From Basidiobolus meristosporus CBS 931.73 (lineage: Eukaryota; Fungi; Basidiobolomycota), in the NCBI GenBank assembly GCA_002104905.1, contig MCFE01000043.1, forward strand, positions 137,236-201,235: 64,000 nucleotides of DNA, given 5' to 3'. The notes beneath the pieces are model-generated. The model was not told the origin of the DNA, did no database searches, and worked only from the letters and a program-made list of their open reading frames with translations. The position numbers and the translations under genes were made by a program. How positions within the stretch are numbered: the first letter of the stretch is position 1; each line of letters starts with the position of its first letter. Below, in pieces: positions 25,645 to 39,000 of this stretch.

Positions 25645-27324
25645 ATGCCTGGATTCACAGTCAACACTGTCCCCACCACTCCATACGAAGGCCAGAAGCC
25701 GGGCACCTCCGGCTTGCGTAAGCGAGTCAAAGTGTTCCAACAAAAGAATTACACCGAGAACTTCATCCAGGCCACCTTGGCCGCCATGCCCGCGCCCGGG
25801 GCCAAGGGAAGCACCTTGGTGGTAGGTGGTGATGGCAGATACTACTCCAAGGACGCCATCCAGATCATCATCCGCCTTGCCGCCGGCAACGGCGTCACCA
25901 AGCTCATCATCGGCAGAAACGGCATCCTCTCCACCCCCGCCGCCTCCAACCTCATCCGCAAGCGCAAGGTCTCCGGAGGCATCCTCCTCACCGCCTCTCA
26001 CAACCCCGGAGGCCCCGAGAACGACTTCGGCATCAAGTACAACATCAGCAACGGCGGGCCTGCCCCCGAGGCCGTCACCGACGCCATCTACGAGAAGACC
26101 ACCCAGATCAAGGAGTACTACGAGAGCAACATCCCCGAGGTTGATCTCAACCAGATCGGGGAGCAGAGCTTCGACGGATTCTCGGTCGAGATCGTCGACT
26201 CGGTCGCCGATTACGTCGAGATGTCCAAGGAGATCTTCGACTTCCCCAAGATCAAGGAGTTCTTCCAGAAGCGCCCCGAGTTCAAGGTTCTCTTCGACGG
26301 CATGCACGGAGTGACCGGCCCCTACGGACAACGGATCTTTGTCGAGGAGCTCGGCCTCCCCGCCACCTCGGTCATGAACTGCGTGCCCAAGGAAGACTTC
26401 GGCGGTGGCCATCCCGACCCCAACCTCACCTACGCTCACGAGCTCGTCGAGAGAGTCGAGAAGGAGAACATCCACTTCGGAGCCGCCTCCGACGGTGACG
26501 GTGATCGTAACATGATCATCGGCAAGGGATGCTTTGTCACCCCCTCGGACTCTGTGGCCGTCATCGCCGCCCACGCCGAATCCATCCCCTACTTCAGAAA
26601 GAACGGTGTCAAGGGACTTGCCAGAAGCATGCCCACCAGCACCGCACTCGACCGCGTCGCCCAGAAGAAGGGCTTGGAGTACTTCGAGGTCCCCACCGGA
26701 TGGAAGTTCTTCGGCAACCTCATGGATGCCGATCGTCTCTCCATCTGCGGTGAGGAATCGTTCGGAACCGGATCGAACCACATCCGCGAGAAGGACGGCA
26801 TCTGGGCCATCCTCGCCTGGTTGAACATCTTGGCTGCCGAGAACGACAAGAACGCCCAGGTCGGGATCAAGGACATCTTGGCCGAGCACTACCACACCTA
26901 CGGCCGCAACTTCTTCACTCGCTACGACTACGAGGAGGTGGACTCCGCCGCTGCCGGCAAGATGGTCGACCACTTGAACGAGTATCTCACCACCAAGAAG
27001 GATGAGTTCATCGGCACCAGCTTTGGTGAGTTCAAGGTCGCCGACGCCGACAACTTCTCATACACCGACCCCATCGACAACAGCGTTTCCAAGAACCAGG
27101 GCATCCGTATCATCTTCAGCGACAGCTCTCGCATCATCTTCCGTCTCAGCGGCACCGGCTCCCAAGGGGCCACCATCCGCTTGTACATCGAGAAGTACGA
27201 GTCCGATCCATCCAAGTACGACTTGGACGCCCAGGTCGCCTTGAAGCCATTGGTTGAACAGGCCCTCACTCTCTCGCAGCTGACCAAGTTCACTGGCCGT
27301 GAAAGACCCACCGTCATCACATAA
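25645..27324 (+). CDS. PGM: Phosphoglucomutase (559 aa, intronless)
   Basis: [11 protein letters not shown], catalytic TASHNP, metal-binding DGDGDR, sugar-binding GEESFG, C-terminal ...PTVIT. Strong C-ending codon bias. Start at ATG 25645 (MPGFTV). Confidence 0.98.
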   Translation: MPGFTVNTVPTTPYEGQKPGTSGLRKRVKVFQQKNYTENFIQATLAAMPAPGAKGSTLVVGGDGRYYSKDAIQIIIRLAAGNGVTKLIIGRNGILSTPAASNLIRKRKVSGGILLTASHNPGGPENDFGIKYNISNGGPAPEAVTDAIYEKTTQIKEYYESNIPEVDLNQIGEQSFDGFSVEIVDSVADYVEMSKEIFDFPKIKEFFQKRPEFKVLFDGMHGVTGPYGQRIFVEELGLPATSVMNCVPKEDFGGGHPDPNLTYAHELVERVEKENIHFGAASDGDGDRNMIIGKGCFVTPSDSVAVIAAHAESIPYFRKNGVKGLARSMPTSTALDRVAQKKGLEYFEVPTGWKFFGNLMDADRLSICGEESFGTGSNHIREKDGIWAILAWLNILAAENDKNAQVGIKDILAEHYHTYGRNFFTRYDYEEVDSAAAGKMVDHLNEYLTTKKDEFIGTSFGEFKVADADNFSYTDPIDNSVSKNQGIRIIFSDSSRIIFRLSGTGSQGATIRLYIEKYESDPSKYDLDAQVALKPLVEQALTLSQLTKFTGRERPTVIT

Positions 27325-27667
27325 GCGAACTCGTCCACCGACCATCACCTATGTACATACATATTCCCTTAATTCACCTCTTCCAATATCGTGAATAATA
27401 AATCCAATCCATTTTTCCATTCATTGTTGATTCCCCATGCCTCCGTAGTCGATTTGTTTTTCACCTGTCGACCGGCATCTTGATTGCCAAAAATATTGAT
27501 GAAAAAATATCCCAGTCCGGAAGCCAATGATCGTTCTGTCGAGACTTCCAACGACAAAAAAATCCCAATTCCTGATGTGCGAGCGTTCGGCAACGAAGAG
27601 GGGGGGGGGGGGATCGCTATATCTGGATTGATCCAGGTTCGTTCTTGGAAGTGTCAGTATTTTCGAC

Positions 27668-30600
27668 ATGGACTACGCAAACGTGCTGAAGGAACTGGAG
27701 GAAGCCTGTGCCGACTTTCATGTGAGTTGACCTGTGAGTGTGCGGTCTTCGCTTTCGTTGGTTAATGGACTTTGCTTGTTCAGGTGCCCGCCACCAGAGT
27801 GGCTGCGGAGCAGACGTTGCTAGCCTTCCAAAAGACCCCCAATGTTCTACCCGTTTGCCAATACATTCTCGGTAAGTCCTCCCTTCCCCCTTCCCCCGTC
27901 CCCTCGGCCTCCGCCTCCCCCTTCAAGCCGAGCAAACCCCCTATCCCACCCTTCGTCGCGCCTTTGCTCACAGGTTTCTTCATTCCACTCCACCAAGAAC
28001 ACGCCACCAACTCCATGTTGCTCTTCCACGCGGTCACCGCGATGAAGGAGTGCTTCGCTCGGGAATACGCCGACCTGGACAAACCGAAGGTCACCGAGTT
28101 GAAGAATTATCTTCTCAACTACGTTTTCCAGAAACCAACGTGAGTCACCCTCCCCCTCCTCATTGCATCTGCTCTCCGTACCCTCGACGGAGCCTACCAC
28201 CCCGACCCTACCAACCTCGCTGACCCGCTTCAACCACCAATCTAGCCTGGAAAGATATGTTTGTGAGCAGGTTCTTCAGGTGATATCTCTTTCCAAGCCT
28301 TAGCCACCCCGTTACCTCGACTCAACACCCTTTCTCAGGTAGTTGCGGTTATCATGAAGAGAAGCTGGCAGGATCTCTCGGACGAAGAGAAGGAGTCGGC
28401 CTTCCAAGGGATCCTTGGGCTTATCCAAGCCAATGCTCACGGGGTAACTGCAACCATGCTCTTGACTCCGCAAAACCAGCCATTCACCCAATCCACCTTC
28501 CACAGCAAACCCTCGGGATCCGATTGTTCAGTGCGCTGACCGACGAGTTCTCCAGCACGAAGGCCAGCAGCATCGGACTATCCTGGGATTTCCATTTTGC
28601 CTGCAAACAATCCTTCGAGGTAGGCCATCATTCCCTTCCCCTTCCCCTTCCCCTTCCTCCGCAACCATTAACTGACCAACTCACTTCCCTCGATCTAGCG
28701 CGTTTATCTTCGAAAAATCCTGGAGCAGGACTTGAAGATCCTGCACGAGCAGCTCAGCCGTGGAGACGCTCTTCACGGGGCCAAATGCTCCGAGGGGCTG
28801 AAGGCAACGGTCTCGCTGGCGGAGCGGATCCTGACTTGGGAGTTTAGTGAGCAATGTCGGTTCAGCGACCGCCACGCCGTTCATCTAGTTCGACCTTACT
28901 AACCCATCTGAACTCTACAGGCGGTCAGCTCATGGTCGGCTCCTTCGGGGACGCCAGCGACGAGTTGGTGAAGAAGTTGGTCCTTCCGGAAGATTGGACC
29001 GAGATCCTGTTGAACCACGATGTGCTGAACCTCTTTTTCCAGGTAGGTCGCTTTCCATCTCTCGTGACTCACGGTCCGCGGACTGACCTCGGACGTGGCG
29101 TAGCTTTATACAGTGGTCCAGAGGGACGAGGGGGCCGCCAATCACTCTAGACAATGCCTGGTTCAGCTGTCCGGGCTTCGGGGGCCCATGTTCGCGAATG
29201 AGGAGGTTCTTTGCTCGTACGCTTCGTGCATGCTGAGAGGGCAGCTGCAGTTGATCACCAGGTAAGCATGTGTGGCTTATTTCGCCAGCCCACCCTCCGC
29301 TTACACCCATTCCCTCAGCCTTTCGGGCATGATCCACCAAGAGAACTTCGAGTTCGGGCCAGCAGTGTTGGGCGTGTGCGAGATGATCAATCGCTTGGTC
29401 GATACCGTCAAGCTGGCCGTGCTCTGTCAGATGTCGGAGTTCTTCCAGTACATGACGGAGATCGGCAAGCTCACCTCCACCTGCCTCCAGCACGCGGCAA
29501 CCGAGGTTGATGATACCTGGAATATGGAGGCGTTCGATCAGCTGCTCGAGATGTGGGTCACTCTAGGTAAGTGCCTAAACCGTATGCGTGCCGCTGCTCG
29601 GGCTAATCCCGGCTAGTTTCCAAGGCCACCGACCCTTACCAGTCGGACGCCGAGCCTCTGAAGTCGTCCGGATTCATCCCATTCCTCACCAACGCCAGCT
29701 CCCACGTGGTTGAAGCCTACGTCCAGGTGCGTCTAGAAATAGCCAAGCAGTTCATCGAGGACTTCGACGAGGACGACGGGAATTTCAAAGACCAGGTAGG
29801 CCGCTTCTCCTCCCGTCTGCTCGTTGCGCCATACGCTGACCCATTCTTCCAGGACATGTACGCCGACCAGCTGATCGGCGTTGCCACGCTGGCTCGCATG
29901 AATCCCAAGCAGTCGATCGAGGCGCTCGACGGCCTGCTGAGACAGAAGTTCGATCTACTTCGCAGCCATTACCAGTCCAGCCACGCCCAGTTCGGCGACC
30001 AGCATTCGGTGCTGTTTCACGAGCAGATCCACTGGCTCTTGCTGATCGCGGGTCATGTGCTGTGCGATGGCGGGCAAGGCGAGAAGCCACTCGTCCCTGA
30101 CTCCCTCATGCGGCTTTCCGTAGCGCAGGACAATTCCGAAAACAACGCGATCGTCTCTCTTTCCTCCGCAGTGTTCTCGATGCTCGAGTTCCTGTCTCTG
30201 GACCCACATGAGCCAATGGTAAGCCGTCCTCAATCCACTTTCCATCGCTGCTCCTGACCGGCCCCTCCAGGCCACCTTCTGCAGCCCTCTAGTCGCCGAA
30301 ACCCTCTTCTGGTTCATCGAGCGGTGGTCGCGCACCTATCTTCTCATCGAGCCGCAAGAATACAGCCATATCAGGTAGCGCAGCGTGCAGACCCTTGATC
30401 CCTGCAACCTACTCATTCTCCTCCTCCACCACCCCAGCGCCAGTCTAGCACAGGCGTTCGGAAACGGCGTCGGCGGCCAGGCTATTCTGGTCGCGCTCGT
30501 TGACAAGCTGCAGAGCAACTTCTACCAATGGAACGCCGAGGAAGAGGTGTTGATCCAGGTAGATTGGCCATTCAGAACCTCCTCATACACAGCAACTAAC

Positions 30601-32488
30601 CATGACAACCCAGCTGATCAAAATCATCAACACGTTCGCCAAGACCGCCAACATCAGAAACGCCCTCCTTGCGTGTGGTAAGTTCTTTGCCCGGGCCTCT
30701 CCAGCAGTTCGATCGCTCACTCGACGTAGAAAAATTCCCGGTTCTTATCCAGTTCTTCACTCAACACCTCGGAAACTTCCCGGAGATCGTTCACAGGTAG
30801 CTGGTCGGACAACGGCTCGATTCCACCGCAACTCCTAACCCATCCCAAGTGCTTTGATTCAAGCCATCACTCTAGTCATCTCGGGTGCTTCGTCGGAGGT
30901 GCAACGCCAGCAATACTTTGGCCTTGTGACTGGCGCCGTGGAGGTAAGTCCCGCCATCCTGCCCATGGATTGTTCAGCCCCATTCACCTCGGCCGAGTAG
31001 AAGCAATTCGTCGCCGTGCTCCAGCGCCCTGATTTCAATCAAGTCTACCAGAACTCCGATGTCATTTCCCAAGTGCTGAACTCGCTTGATGTACGTATTC
31101 TTGTTCCCTGCCGCCCGGCCGTTGCTAACACCCCTGCCCCAGATGCTCGATGGACTGGCCTTGGCTGCCGACCCCTTCAACACCAAGTATATCCACGCGT
31201 TTGCTTCCCGATTCTTCGAAAGCCTTGCCCAGCTTCTCAATATTTATCAACGCCACCCTGAAGTGGAGATCCAGATCATCCAGCTGCTTTCGTCCTTGTG
31301 CAAATATCTGGTGAGTGCCGCGGAGTCTGTATCGTTCTGCTGCGTCTAACCCCCCTCGGAACTCAGGACTTTAGTGAGCTCGAGGCGCACCAGGTCAGAG
31401 ACTTCTATCTGGTCATCGGAAACGCCATCAAGGTCTATTCTACCCAGAGCCTTAGTAAGCGTCTATTCAACCTCAACCTCAGCCTCAACCCTCACCACGC
31501 ATCTGCCCTAACCCCTCCCAAGACAAGGCCAGGGATCGCAATTACGACAAGCAGCAGGAGAACCCTTACCAAGACATCGTTGCCTTCACCAAGCTGTTGT
31601 TGGCTCTGATCGTCTCTGAGCCCTCGGCCGCCGACGTCGCCGAAATCCTCTTCTTCGGAACAAACCAACTGATTCCCCTGATGACCTTGGAGATGCTCGA
31701 GGTTGGTGCCTCGATGTAATGTGGGTGGGTCCCCGTCGCGCTAACCTCGTCTTTGCTTAGATCCCCAAGATCTGCGGCGATTATGTGGAGCTTATTGCCC
31801 AGTTGATTGACCGTTACCACGACAGACTGGTCAACCTTCCATCCGACCTATTCGTAAGCCTGATGCAGTCCCTGGAGTACGCGCTCAGACAATATCCTTT
31901 CTATGCCAGACACCACTGCTAGCTTCGTGGCCCCTAGGCTCCTTGACTCGTGTCCCCACCCCTATCTATGACATCTCTAGGTTAGCCTTCCAGTCCATAG
32001 CCTCCCTGGCCCTATTCTTCGCCAACAACCCCTCTGCCAAAGGTACGCCCACTGTCCAGCTTCCCATTCGTCGCTCTGACTAACTTCCCTGCAGAGTTCC
32101 TCCTTCCGACCATGCGGAAGTTCCTGGACCAGATCATGAACATGCTGCTGTACGAGGAATTCGACATGGACTTGCTCGAACCGGCTAGCGAAGCCTTGTA
32201 CTTGCTAATCGCTTCCCAACAGGTAGCCACCCCTTCACATGACCTGCCCTCGCACCCCGTATTGAACTCCCTTCCACTTAGGAGCAATTGAGCGTCATCG
32301 CCCACACCGTCATTCAGCAACAAGTCAACCCGCAAGTCCAGGTGAGATTGTCCGGCTACTTCACCCACCTCCAGCAATCCATACCCGCGGTGCAAACGTA
32401 TCCGCTGATGGCGAATTGCTCCGCCGGCTTCCGAGACACCCTCACGAAATTCTTGATGGACATTCGAGGTGTCTTGCGAGTCAAATAA
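27668..32488 (+). CDS. XPO4: Exportin-4 (importin-beta family), multi-exon, roughly two dozen short introns
   Basis: Exon peptides MDYANVLKELEEACADFH / VPATRVAAEQTLLAFQK / DEFSSTKASSIGLSWDFHFACKQSFE / HEQIHWLLLIAGHVLCD, and the C-terminus FLMDIRGVLRVK*, resemble metazoan XPO4 (...GGLLCVK). Repeated GT(A/G)AG...CTAAC/CTGAC...YAG introns. Exon boundaries not fully resolved. Confidence 0.85.
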
Positions 32489-34299
32489 TTCCAATCCTCT
32501 ATAATAAACCTTTTGTTTTCTTCCCATGGATGTATCTGCCGGTACTCTCGCAGCTGTCCTGTGCTTAGGGGTCTGCTAACCTGTGAATTCATTTAGATAC
32601 ATTGGCTTTTTAGCATAGGGTGGTTGGTTCATACTCTTTCTTGAATTCCTTGAAATTCCCAATCATGCCAGTTTTCCATAATACTACAGTTCAAACAAGA
32701 AGGATATCATTGTCTTGTATATATATATCATCAAAGTTGGTGAGTTCCACTCCTGATTCACTCCCCAGTTGTGAAGTTCCATCTGGTAAACCACTGTATT
32801 ATAGTTATATAAAGGTAACCCAAATGCCTACATGCTCTATAGACATTTAGTAAACCAGCAGATTTGTATCATCGCACTTGTTTTCCAGGCCACTGCTAAT
32901 ACTCCTAATATCCTGCAATCAAGGCATCATGTACACTCTCTGGGATGTGTCTTATGATCCATCAGGATACATGACCTGAACTTCTTTACAGAAAGATCAA
33001 ATACAACACAATTCCTGGAAACACACATCTCCAGAATCATTTTAAAATTTGATACTTTGATGTTGTTAGTACTTACAAAACATAGTCACATAATGGTTTG
33101 GCAAAGAAACCTTATAGAATGAGTCAAAGAAGGTCTCTTAAGTGTAGATGTAGAATTCAGAGTCACAAGCAGATCTTTAAGAAATATTTCAAACAGGATA
33201 CATGACATTTTGGCAGTAAAGGTTTCAAGTCTTTGCTTATTGTTGAATCTAGCAATAGCACCACTCCTCAGCATGGATCAAAGTTGCCAAATAGATGTCC
33301 AAACTCAAATATAAAATTACAATAATAAGATAAACTCAGTAAGCCTTACAATGACTGCAAAGAGTTAGCATGAAAACTGAGGCATACATACTAATCTCAG
33401 TTTTCTGGCAATTTCATGCTAATTACAACCTTGATTAGCCTCTATCAAATTATGTTACAGATCAGCACTAACCAATATATTAGGATCAGGAGAAAGTAAG
33501 GGAAGTGGACTGAATATTTTGTCTGGTGCAAGCTTCAGCCTAAGTAACTTATCAGCACAATCAATATAGCTTGTTTTTGGAGCTAGCCTAAGTTGCTGCC
33601 TTGAAAGTAAAGCTATGTGTCAGTTCAGGTCAATACTCTTGGTGTGTTCTTTTCTATGGGATGTACTTGCATAAAGAAGGTTCCTGAATATCCACTGCTT
33701 TCTCATGTATGTCTATATTCACTCTATGCACAATGTGCTGAGGGATCTCAGTATACATTATGCTCTAACTATATCATATTACTAAACTGGCTTATTCAGC
33801 TGGGTATACTCTGTCTTAGCTTTCTATATGCTCTAATACATCTCAATCTTGCACAAACCATTATGTATAGACCCAGTTGTCCATCTATTTCTTCCTCTGC
33901 AAAGCTCCAAATTACTTACTAACCAAAATTTTTGCCATATATGCTTCTAGCAATTAGCTCACTAGACCATAGAACAATACCCTCTATGTCTGACAGTGCC
34001 TAAACCTTACTGCTTGATAGTAGTTAATACAGTAACAGATCCAAAGAAAAAGAAGTTGACTACAGACCAGGTAGATACCAGCTTAGTATCCAATGAATAT
34101 CAATTTGGTCCTGCTGGTGGATTCAATCCAGTTCAACAATCAGGATTCTGCAATAAGGCCATGACAGTGCCAGCAGTTTGGAATTCTTGACCCTCTTAAC
34201 AGTATTATGGTGAGTTTGTCACAATGTTTTGCTCTCTTTATTACCAAATAAACTTATAATATTTAGACAACCTTAAAACAGGGTATTAATGGCATTAGG

Positions 34300-34763
34300 T
34301 GCTGCAAAAGTCATGGAGGAATTGGAAGTAACTGGGGGAACAAGTGAATAATGTTGCCTTCACTTAATGATCCAAGGAATGTAAAAGTGGTATTTATACT
34401 TTAAATGCTCTTGGCAACTCAAGCACATAAATATGCTCAGGGAGGTCCCAAGAACCTATGTGCAAGGTTTTGGGCTGTTTAGACAAGTTTGAGAAATTTC
34501 ATGTTTTGGATAACTGATGATTTTGTGAGAATATTCAGAGTAAATACCAACAATGAGTTTGGTGAGGATTCTCTGGGATTTGCAGGTGACAATCTAAGTG
34601 ACTAAGCTAAGTGAGTATTAGGTGCAATTACACATTTTTACAACACTCCCACTCATCTAAACACTCATATTAACTAGTTCTTATTGCAATCAAAGATATT
34701 CAAGTTTGTCACTAGCAACAGTGTGGTAAATATCTCTGCAATCATTTCATCCTTAGGACCATA
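34300..34763 (-). mobile_element. 3' end of an older Copia family-1 element (RNaseH end, PPT, 3' LTR 34300-34645)
   Basis: Reverse complement of 16480-16640-like sequence. PPT ctcccactca at 34646-34655 adjoins the LTR. Confidence 0.8.
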
Positions 34764-35083
34764 TGTTGTGGGAAAACAAGTAGATTATGTGATTTTCACT
34801 TAATGATTTATTGTATGTAAAAGTAGTATTTATACTTTTACATGATCTTGGCATAAAAACATGCAGAATAGGTTTAGGAAGGTCTCAAGAGCATGTGTGC
34901 AAGATTTGGGGCAGTTTGGATAACTTTGAGAACTTTCATGTTCTGGGTACCTGATATCTTGGTGAAAATATTCCAAGTAGTCCCAACATGGAATTTGGTC
35001 AGTTATTTTCTAAGATTTGTAGGTAATGATCCAAGTGACTAAGTCAGGTGATTATTCAGGTGGAATTACAAATTTGTACAGCA
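34764..35083 (-). mobile_element. Solo LTR, Copia family 1, TSD CCATA
   Basis: CCATA at 34759-34763 and 35084-35088. Reverse complement of the family-1 LTR. Confidence 0.85.
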
Positions 35084-35800
35084 CCATAAGCAATGATAAC
35101 TAAGTTAGTATAATGGTATATGGCTGAATGGATTAGGATTCTTACAATTCAAGGAGCTTGTTTCTGAGATCTTTTTTCCATTAGCAGGTGGTCCAAAATG
35201 GTGGTTAACAGCTCCAATATTTGCATTCTTAGCCTCATTTTGAGCAGCAGCAGATTTGGTAAAATCTTCCTCTAGCAATCATTCAATAATGATCTATTTT
35301 TTTGCAATTCAAGATAATATTCTATCCAAAAGCTTGTCTAACAGTCAGCTGAGGTCATATGAGTACATATAACAATATATTTCATTGTAGATCTGGACCC
35401 TCAATTGCTGGAATTACACAATTTTCTTCAGTAGTGGTAGAGCACCAACACATTATATTTCTTGACATATTTACATGTCAGCTTGATAGACTCTCCTTCA
35501 TAACTAGCTTGAGTAGTTACTGAATGAGTCTATTGAAGGCAAGGCATTCTTCTCCACAGCAATATCCCCATTAACATAGTCCTTTGAACAGTGGTAGTTG
35601 TCTTTAACTTTGGCAGAGCAATAGTGTGGAGGTCTTTCTCCAGACTAGCAGAAAAGGATCCAAGGCAAAGTAGACACCAAGAGAACAGCAAGCTTGGGGC
35701 TCATAACCTGTTGCAATATTCTGAGGAGTATTGGAAGTGATGTGGAGAACTAGAGGATTTACATGTTATTCACTTGTAGATTTATTGATCAAGATAAATT

Positions 35801-36079
35801 TATAGTCTACCAGCTGGCAAGTATATGCTATAAGGGCATATGGCCAAATGGATAAGGTGCCTGACTATGGATCAGGAGATTCCAGGTTCAATCCCTGGTA
35901 TGCTTGTTATTTTGCAACCAAGATTTTGTAGTCTACAACTATGAGAAAATGTTACATGCAATGAATCAATGAAATACCATTGAAGGAGAGGTCAATTCAT
36001 CAAGTGTGCCAAGTTCTTAGTCACAAAAGCATAACGTTGGTGAATAAAATATTGGCTTATCTAGCCAAACATAGAGTGA
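35801..36079. repeat. Fragment of a preceding tRNA-array unit (copy 0)
   Basis: Matches about 43107-43387 of the intact unit. Ends at the Gypsy LTR. Confidence 0.9.
35834..35906 (+). pseudogene. tRNA-Arg(ACG)-derived pseudogene, anticodon mutated to ATG
   Basis: Same body as 43140-43212 with all 5 CpGs converted. Confidence 0.85.
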
Positions 36080-39000
36080 TGTTATGTCCTAAAAACGCAG
36101 ATTGGAGTGATGAACTACTGATTGGTTGATTTGACCAATTTCAGACTGTGAAAATGAACTGTCTTTATTTAAGGTGAGTGTCACTTTTGATAGTTATTAG
36201 CTTGAAGCACTATGTTGCAGTTTGCACAGGATTGTAGCATGATTTCCAATTGCTTGTATCTTGGTCACTAGTTGAGCTCTGTCTTTGAAACTATATAGCA
36301 TTAAGGCTTAGTCACTGGGCTATATATAGTGCAAATTTCATGTTACAGGTCTTAGTAATTTTAGAGTAAATAAAATATTTATCAATAGTTTGATTGTGTC
36401 ACAAGTAATGACGGTGTGCTTCTGAAACTTGGTACATGTCTTTGGAATTGGTGATGATGCATTGCTGCCAAGTTTCAGAATTGTACATTCATGGGTTCCT
36501 CTTTGCATGGGCTGTTTCTATGGTAGTATATTTTTATTTTGTAACATACTTTTCCACCATAATTGGTTTCTTCTCCTGAAGTAACTTGTTGGCCTTCCTT
36601 ATTCCACCAGAATTGCTTGTTGCTTTGTTCTTCTGGTGTCATTCTTGCCCTAGTGAGGTAGTTTCTGTGTACCAAGGTTAGTCTGACTTTGCCTTCCCTA
36701 TCACACAGCTTAGTATGTGTTAAATGGGCATTTTTGGAGAACTTTGTATGTTCCTTTCCAGTTAGACTCAAAATTTTGCTTTGTTTTGTTTTTAATGAGC
36801 ACATATTCTCCTTCCTAGTAGTTCAGAGTGTTTGCATCTCTTGTCATAGCAGATTTTCAATCTTTCTGAGGCTCCTTTTGCTCTGGATATGGCTGCTGCT
36901 CTATTTTGGCCCAGTTCTTCTTGTTCTCTTGTCTTGTATTCTGCTAGGTCCTCAGGATCCTTATATATCCCATAGATCCGGTTTCTGGGTGTCTCCTGGT
37001 ATGACTGGGTGTCTTCCATACATCATGTAGAATGGGAAGTACCCAGTTGTGGCATGAACTCATATTCTGCAAGCAAAAAGTGCCTGATTAATGAACTGGT
37101 CACATTTGTGTGTTGCTCCCTTGCAGTATTTGGTTAGCATTCTTCCAAAGAGTTCATTGAATCTTTCTATGGCTCCATTAGTTCTTGGACAGTAGGCCAA
37201 AGTCTAGGAGGTGGTTAATGTTCAGTAACTCCTGGTAGTGTTCCAGGGATTTTGCCATGAAGTTGGCACCTCTGTCTGTTAGAATTTCAGCTGGGCAACC
37301 ATAGTTCATTTCTATTTCTTCATATATGAACAAGGCTACTTCTTTGTGGCTTGCTTCTCTGAATGCTCTTGCTACTGGCCACTTAGTGCAATGGTCTATT
37401 CCCACCAGGATCCATTGTTTTACAGAATTTGTTTTAGGTAAAACTCCAATAAAGTCAAGTGCCCAATTTGTGGAATGGTTCAACTAGCAGTAGTGGATAC
37501 ATTTGCAAGTTGTTCTGGTGAGCATTTTGGGTGAGTTGGCACTCTGGGCAGGTGCAGACTAGGTGCTTAATGTTGTAAAATTTGTATTTCCGCCTAAATA
37601 TTCACCTAACTTGGTCACTTAGATCATCACCTTCAAATCCTAGAGAATACTGACCAAATTCCTTGTTGGATTTACTTAGAATATTTTCACCAAAATACCA
37701 GGTACCCAGAACATGAAAATTCTCAAAGTTGTCCAAACAGCCCCAAACTTTGCACACATGTTCTTGGGACCTTCCTTAACCTATACTACGTGTTTGTAAT
37801 GCCAAGACCAGGTAAAAGTATATACTACATCATAATCATAAGTGAAACACATAATCTACTTGTTCTCCAATCACTTCCAATATCTCCAAGACTCTTACAC
37901 ACTTAATGTCCTTTGACATTCTTGGCCACCAAGCTTTTCTAGACACTGTTTCTGTGGTCCATTTGACTCCCAAGTGTCAAAATCCTTGGTGGTACTTGGC
38001 TATTAAGTCTGTTCTCATGGCAAATGGTATACATGGCACATTTCCTGCACTGGTTTTCTTGTAGATTACTTCTTGGTGTTGAGTGGAAGTGTCTACTGTT
38101 TTCTGTCCACTTTTCTTTGGATTTCTGGTGTGGTCTGAGTTGGAAAAGTTCCTGACTCCCAATGCACTAGTAGTAGTTCTGGCCAGTCCTTTTCTTCTTG
38201 TAGCATAAGTGTTTTCAATGTGGGGTTTCTGGAGAGGGCATCAGCAACATTGATTCTTCTTGCCATTGAGGTAAACAATGTCAAAGTCAAATGTCTGTAG
38301 GTATTCTACCCATCTTGCTACTTGTCTGGAGAGCTGTTTCTGTGTCCACAAATGTCTCAGGGAGGCATGGTCAGTTCTAACAGTTACTTTGGTTCCTTCT
38401 AGGTAACATCTCCATGTCTTGAAGCATTTCACAGTGGCAGAGAGTTCCTTTTCAGGTACTGGGTAGTTCAGTTCTGCTGCTTGTAGTTTCTTTGACTCAT
38501 AGGCAATGGGGTGTTCTCTATTGATGTCATAGGATAGTACCTCTCCAATTGCAAAATCCAAGGCATCTGTTGTAACTGGGAATGGTTGCTCAAAGTCAGG
38601 GAAGGCTAGCACTGGGGTGTTGCTCAAGCAGTCCTTTAACTGCTGTCAGGCTGTTTCTTGCCTCTTGGTCCATAGGTACGGTTCTTTGTTTTGCAGGAGT
38701 TGTGTCAGTGGAGCTGCTATTCTTGAGAAGTCTTTGATGAACCTTCTATAGTAACTTGTTAGTCCCAGGAATGATCTTAGTTCCTTTACTGTTTTAGGGC
38801 TGGGCCATGTCTTGATAACTTCTATTTTCTTTGGGTCTGTTCTGAGCCCTTTTGCAGAGAGTATGTGTCCCAAATATTCCACTTCTTGGATGAAAAATTC
38901 ATATTTCTTTGGGTTTGCTACAAGCTTGTGTTCTTCTAGGATCCTTAGTACCTGTTTCAAGTCCTTTGTATGTTGTTCCTCATTCTTACTGTATATCAGG

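Noticed and set aside
25546-26973. 475-aa antisense ORF (and many GC-rich overlapping ORFs at 20.7-32.5 kb)
   Set aside because: A shadow of the C-ending codon bias of PGM and its neighbours; no domain features.
27600-27612. G13 run upstream of XPO4
   Set aside because: A single homopolymer; no evidence of function.
32560-34300. Possible coding genes in the AT-rich region after XPO4
   Set aside because: CpG-depleted with only short stop-riddled ORFs; probably decayed retroelement sequence, not assignable with confidence.
36070-36090. Ty3-like targeted integration upstream of a tRNA gene
   Set aside because: The site lies 3' of both neighbouring convergent tRNA genes (Arg-ACG, Glu-CTC), not near a Pol III start.
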